Shown: piece by piece, positions 63,101-64,000 of the stretch
Numbering within the stretch: position 1 is the stretch's first letter
Layout of the letters: every line of letters starts with the position of its first letter
From: Solirubrobacterales bacterium
Lineage (GTDB): Bacteria; Actinomycetota; Thermoleophilia; Solirubrobacterales; 70-9
Direction: 5' to 3'
Length of the DNA: 64,000 nucleotides
Assembly: GCA_036377415.1 (NCBI GenBank)
Contig: DASUYK010000039.1
Location: forward strand, 119-64,118
Position numbers and translations under genes: made by a program
The notes under the pieces: model-generated
The model's database searches: none
The model's input: the letters and a program-made list of their open reading frames with translations, nothing else
What the model was told of the DNA's origin: nothing

Positions 63101-64000
63101 CCGCTCGGAGGGATAGCGACCGTCGAGCATGTCGAGCACGTTCTCGAGCTGCTCCCGGGAGAGCCCGGCGAAGGGCTGGGCGGAGCGGACGAGCTTCTCG
63201 ACCTCGTCTATCTCCCACTCGTCGAGTGCGGCCATCGAGACCAGATGCTGGGCGAGCACGTCGAGCGGGTTCTGGGGGATGACGGTCTCCTCGATCTCCC
63301 CGGTCCGCATCCGCCTCGCGACCACCGCGCACTCGAGCAGGTCGGCCCGGAACTTCGGGAAGATCCTCCCCTTCGATACCTCCCCCAGGGTGTGGCCCGC
63401 GCGGCCGACGCGCTGCAGGCCCCTGGTCACCGACTTCGGCGACTCCACCTGGATCACGAGGTCGACCGCGCCCATGTCGATTCCCAGCTCGAGCGACGAG
63501 GTCGCCACCAGACAGGGGAGCTGCCCCGACTTGAGCATCTCCTCGACCAGCGCCCGCTCCTCGTGTGAGAGCGACCCGTGGTGTGCCCGCGCGATCTCGG
63601 GCGGCGACTCATCCTCATTCTTGGTGTTCCCGGCATGCTCCGTCGCGGGGAGCTCGTCCGTGAGCCCGTCGCCGTTCATCTCGTTCAGCCGCTTCGCGAT
63701 CCTCTCGGCGGCGCGGCGGTTGTTGACGAAGACGATCGTCGAGGTGTGCTCGCGGACGAGCCGAAGGAGCTCGGGGTAGATCGCCGGCCAGATCGAGCGG
63801 GTGTTGGTCGCCGGATCGAGGGAGGCCTCGATCGGCCCGGGATCGATCCGCTCCGGGGAGTGGTCTTGATGCGAGGGCGCGCGTGAGCGCGACCCGTTTG
63901 CTGGTGGGGTCTTGCCGGTGTCGGCCCCGTCGCGCCGCTTGCTCGACAGCGGGCTCGGCTCCACCATGTCCTCGACCGGGACGACGATCTCGAGGTCGAG
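60149..64000 (-). CDS. lhr: Lhr-family ATP-dependent DEAD/DEAH helicase (N-terminal RecA1 domain lies beyond the window)
   Basis: The reading frame stays open to position 64000 (…LDLEIVVPVEDMVEP…). Helicase C motifs HHGSLSHEERALVEEMLKSGQLPCLVATSSLELGIDMG and RVGRAGH, followed by a long Lhr-type WH/C-terminal extension. Confidence 0.92.
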   Translation of the reverse strand, partial: LDLEIVVPVEDMVEPSPLSSKRRDGADTGKTPPANGSRSRAPSHQDHSPERIDPGPIEASLDPATNTRSIWPAIYPELLRLVREHTSTIVFVNNRRAAERIAKRLNEMNGDGLTDELPATEHAGNTKNEDESPPEIARAHHGSLSHEERALVEEMLKSGQLPCLVATSSLELGIDMGAVDLVIQVESPKSVTRGLQRVGRAGHTLGEVSKGRIFPKFRADLLECAVVARRMRTGEIEETVIPQNPLDVLAQHLVSMAALDEWEIDEVEKLVRSAQPFAGLSREQLENVLDMLDGRYPSERFAELRPRIVWDRTKGKMRGRPGARQLAVANAGTIPDRGLYGVHLPDGRRVGELDEEMVYEARPGQTFLLGASTWRIEEITRDRVIVTPAPGTPGAVPFWRGDGIGRPADLGKAIGAFSREAVNADPKKLAKENDLDKLAAQNLVSYLTEQQAATRVVPSDESIVVERFRDEIGDWRLCVLSPWGGRVHAAWGLALSAKIRDDRELEADAIWSDDGIVIHLPDADEPPPADLVMIEPDELEDLVIRELSGSALFGARFRENAARSLLIPRAWPGKRTPLWQQRLKSQSLLEVARDFPRFPVILETYREVMRDVLDLPALRDLLRDLHSRRITMVEVETPTASPFASSLLFDYVATYMYEGDTPNAERRAAALALDRDLLAELLGQEELRELIDPEALEEVSEQLQHLTESARAKDRDGLQQILRRLGDLTADECERRVEEGYSAASMLNKLVKERRAAVVRVAGEERYIAAEDAGLYRDALGVPPPAGLPESFIEPVDDALVSLVRRYAATHVPFPTKQLSDRYGVDPSPALRELERAGEVVRGELLPGGTTREWCEADVLRRLRRASLARLRREVEATDPRELARFLPSWQNVDAHARTGAGPDRLREALIPLQGIALTPKTWERDVLPRRLGAYSPSWMDELCTSGELVWIGAGAIGRSDGRVALYFREDVRLAGPPPANAKLDRPEGEIQDAIRERLARGPCFWLDLLELEGSAEQLHEALWDLAWSGEVTNDAFAPLRAPRLRAAQRSDRSGRRFARRRAGASGTVIGRWSLTAPLFEDAPSAGPRMRALAELLLERHGIIARETAIAEGIPGGFASIYGELQNLELLGTARRGYFVEGLGGAQFALPGAVERLRSLPRADGSLQVLAATDPANPYGATLPWPKLEGQRRPARTAGAYVMLRDGEALLYVERSGKGILRLRKLSEQELTAALAELAAAARDGLIEKLTIERLDGEPVIGSGMETALIEAGFRRQPRRLVA

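Noticed and set aside
60071-63568. 1165-aa ORF on the plus strand, antisense to lhr
   Set aside because: Same GC-bias artefact. It has no recognisable domains, while the opposite strand carries clear Lhr helicase motifs.

Overview
This is a very GC-rich, gene-dense chromosomal core segment with strong GC3 bias. Its gene content looks actinobacterial, but that taxonomy is inference only. I resolve 66 protein-coding genes, two of them cut by the window edges. I found no rRNA, tRNA, CRISPR array, transposase, integrase or phage genes. Content is mostly housekeeping: an SPFH/NfeD pair, a TlpA-like oxidoreductase and a large SF2 helicase. One long minus-strand operon runs ccmABC(D)-hemA-hemC-cobA/hemD-DUF62-birA. 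Other genes include two aldehyde dehydrogenases, rarA, ychF, fumC, ileS, trxA, ppm1, polX, a TetR/MFS pair, otsB, a PAC2 protein, a UvrD-like helicase-nuclease, mrp, fdxA, groES-groEL with a CIRCE operator, pcm, crp, and nei-lhr. Many long ORFs in the track are antisense or out-of-frame GC artefacts or over-extended N-termini, so I trimmed starts using homology, 4-nt stop/start overlaps and -10 boxes. I do not see a clear accessory or defence island. The observations most worth a second look are listed here. (1) A heme-synthesis operon is translationally fused to an incomplete Ccm front end and a DUF62 SAM-cleaving enzyme. (2) Two tandem 12-codon mini-ORFs are chained by ATGA/ATGA/GTGA overlaps between mce and a DUF3107-like gene. 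(3) A LexA (GAAC-N4-GTTC) box doublet sits in front of a protein built from six 24-bp tandem repeats. (4) An orphan UvrD-like/PD-(D/E)XK protein has Arg in place of the Walker A Lys. (5) A TSUP transporter is split into two overlapping half-size genes. (6) An lhr-nei operon encodes a Nei whose catalytic Pro2 is Ala. (7) A 320-nt gene-free interval is packed with GC hairpins that have C-rich loops. (8) A TAnnnT hexamer recurs 6-9 nt upstream of start codons, suggesting leaderless mRNAs. All functional calls rest on motif recognition by eye; no database search was run.
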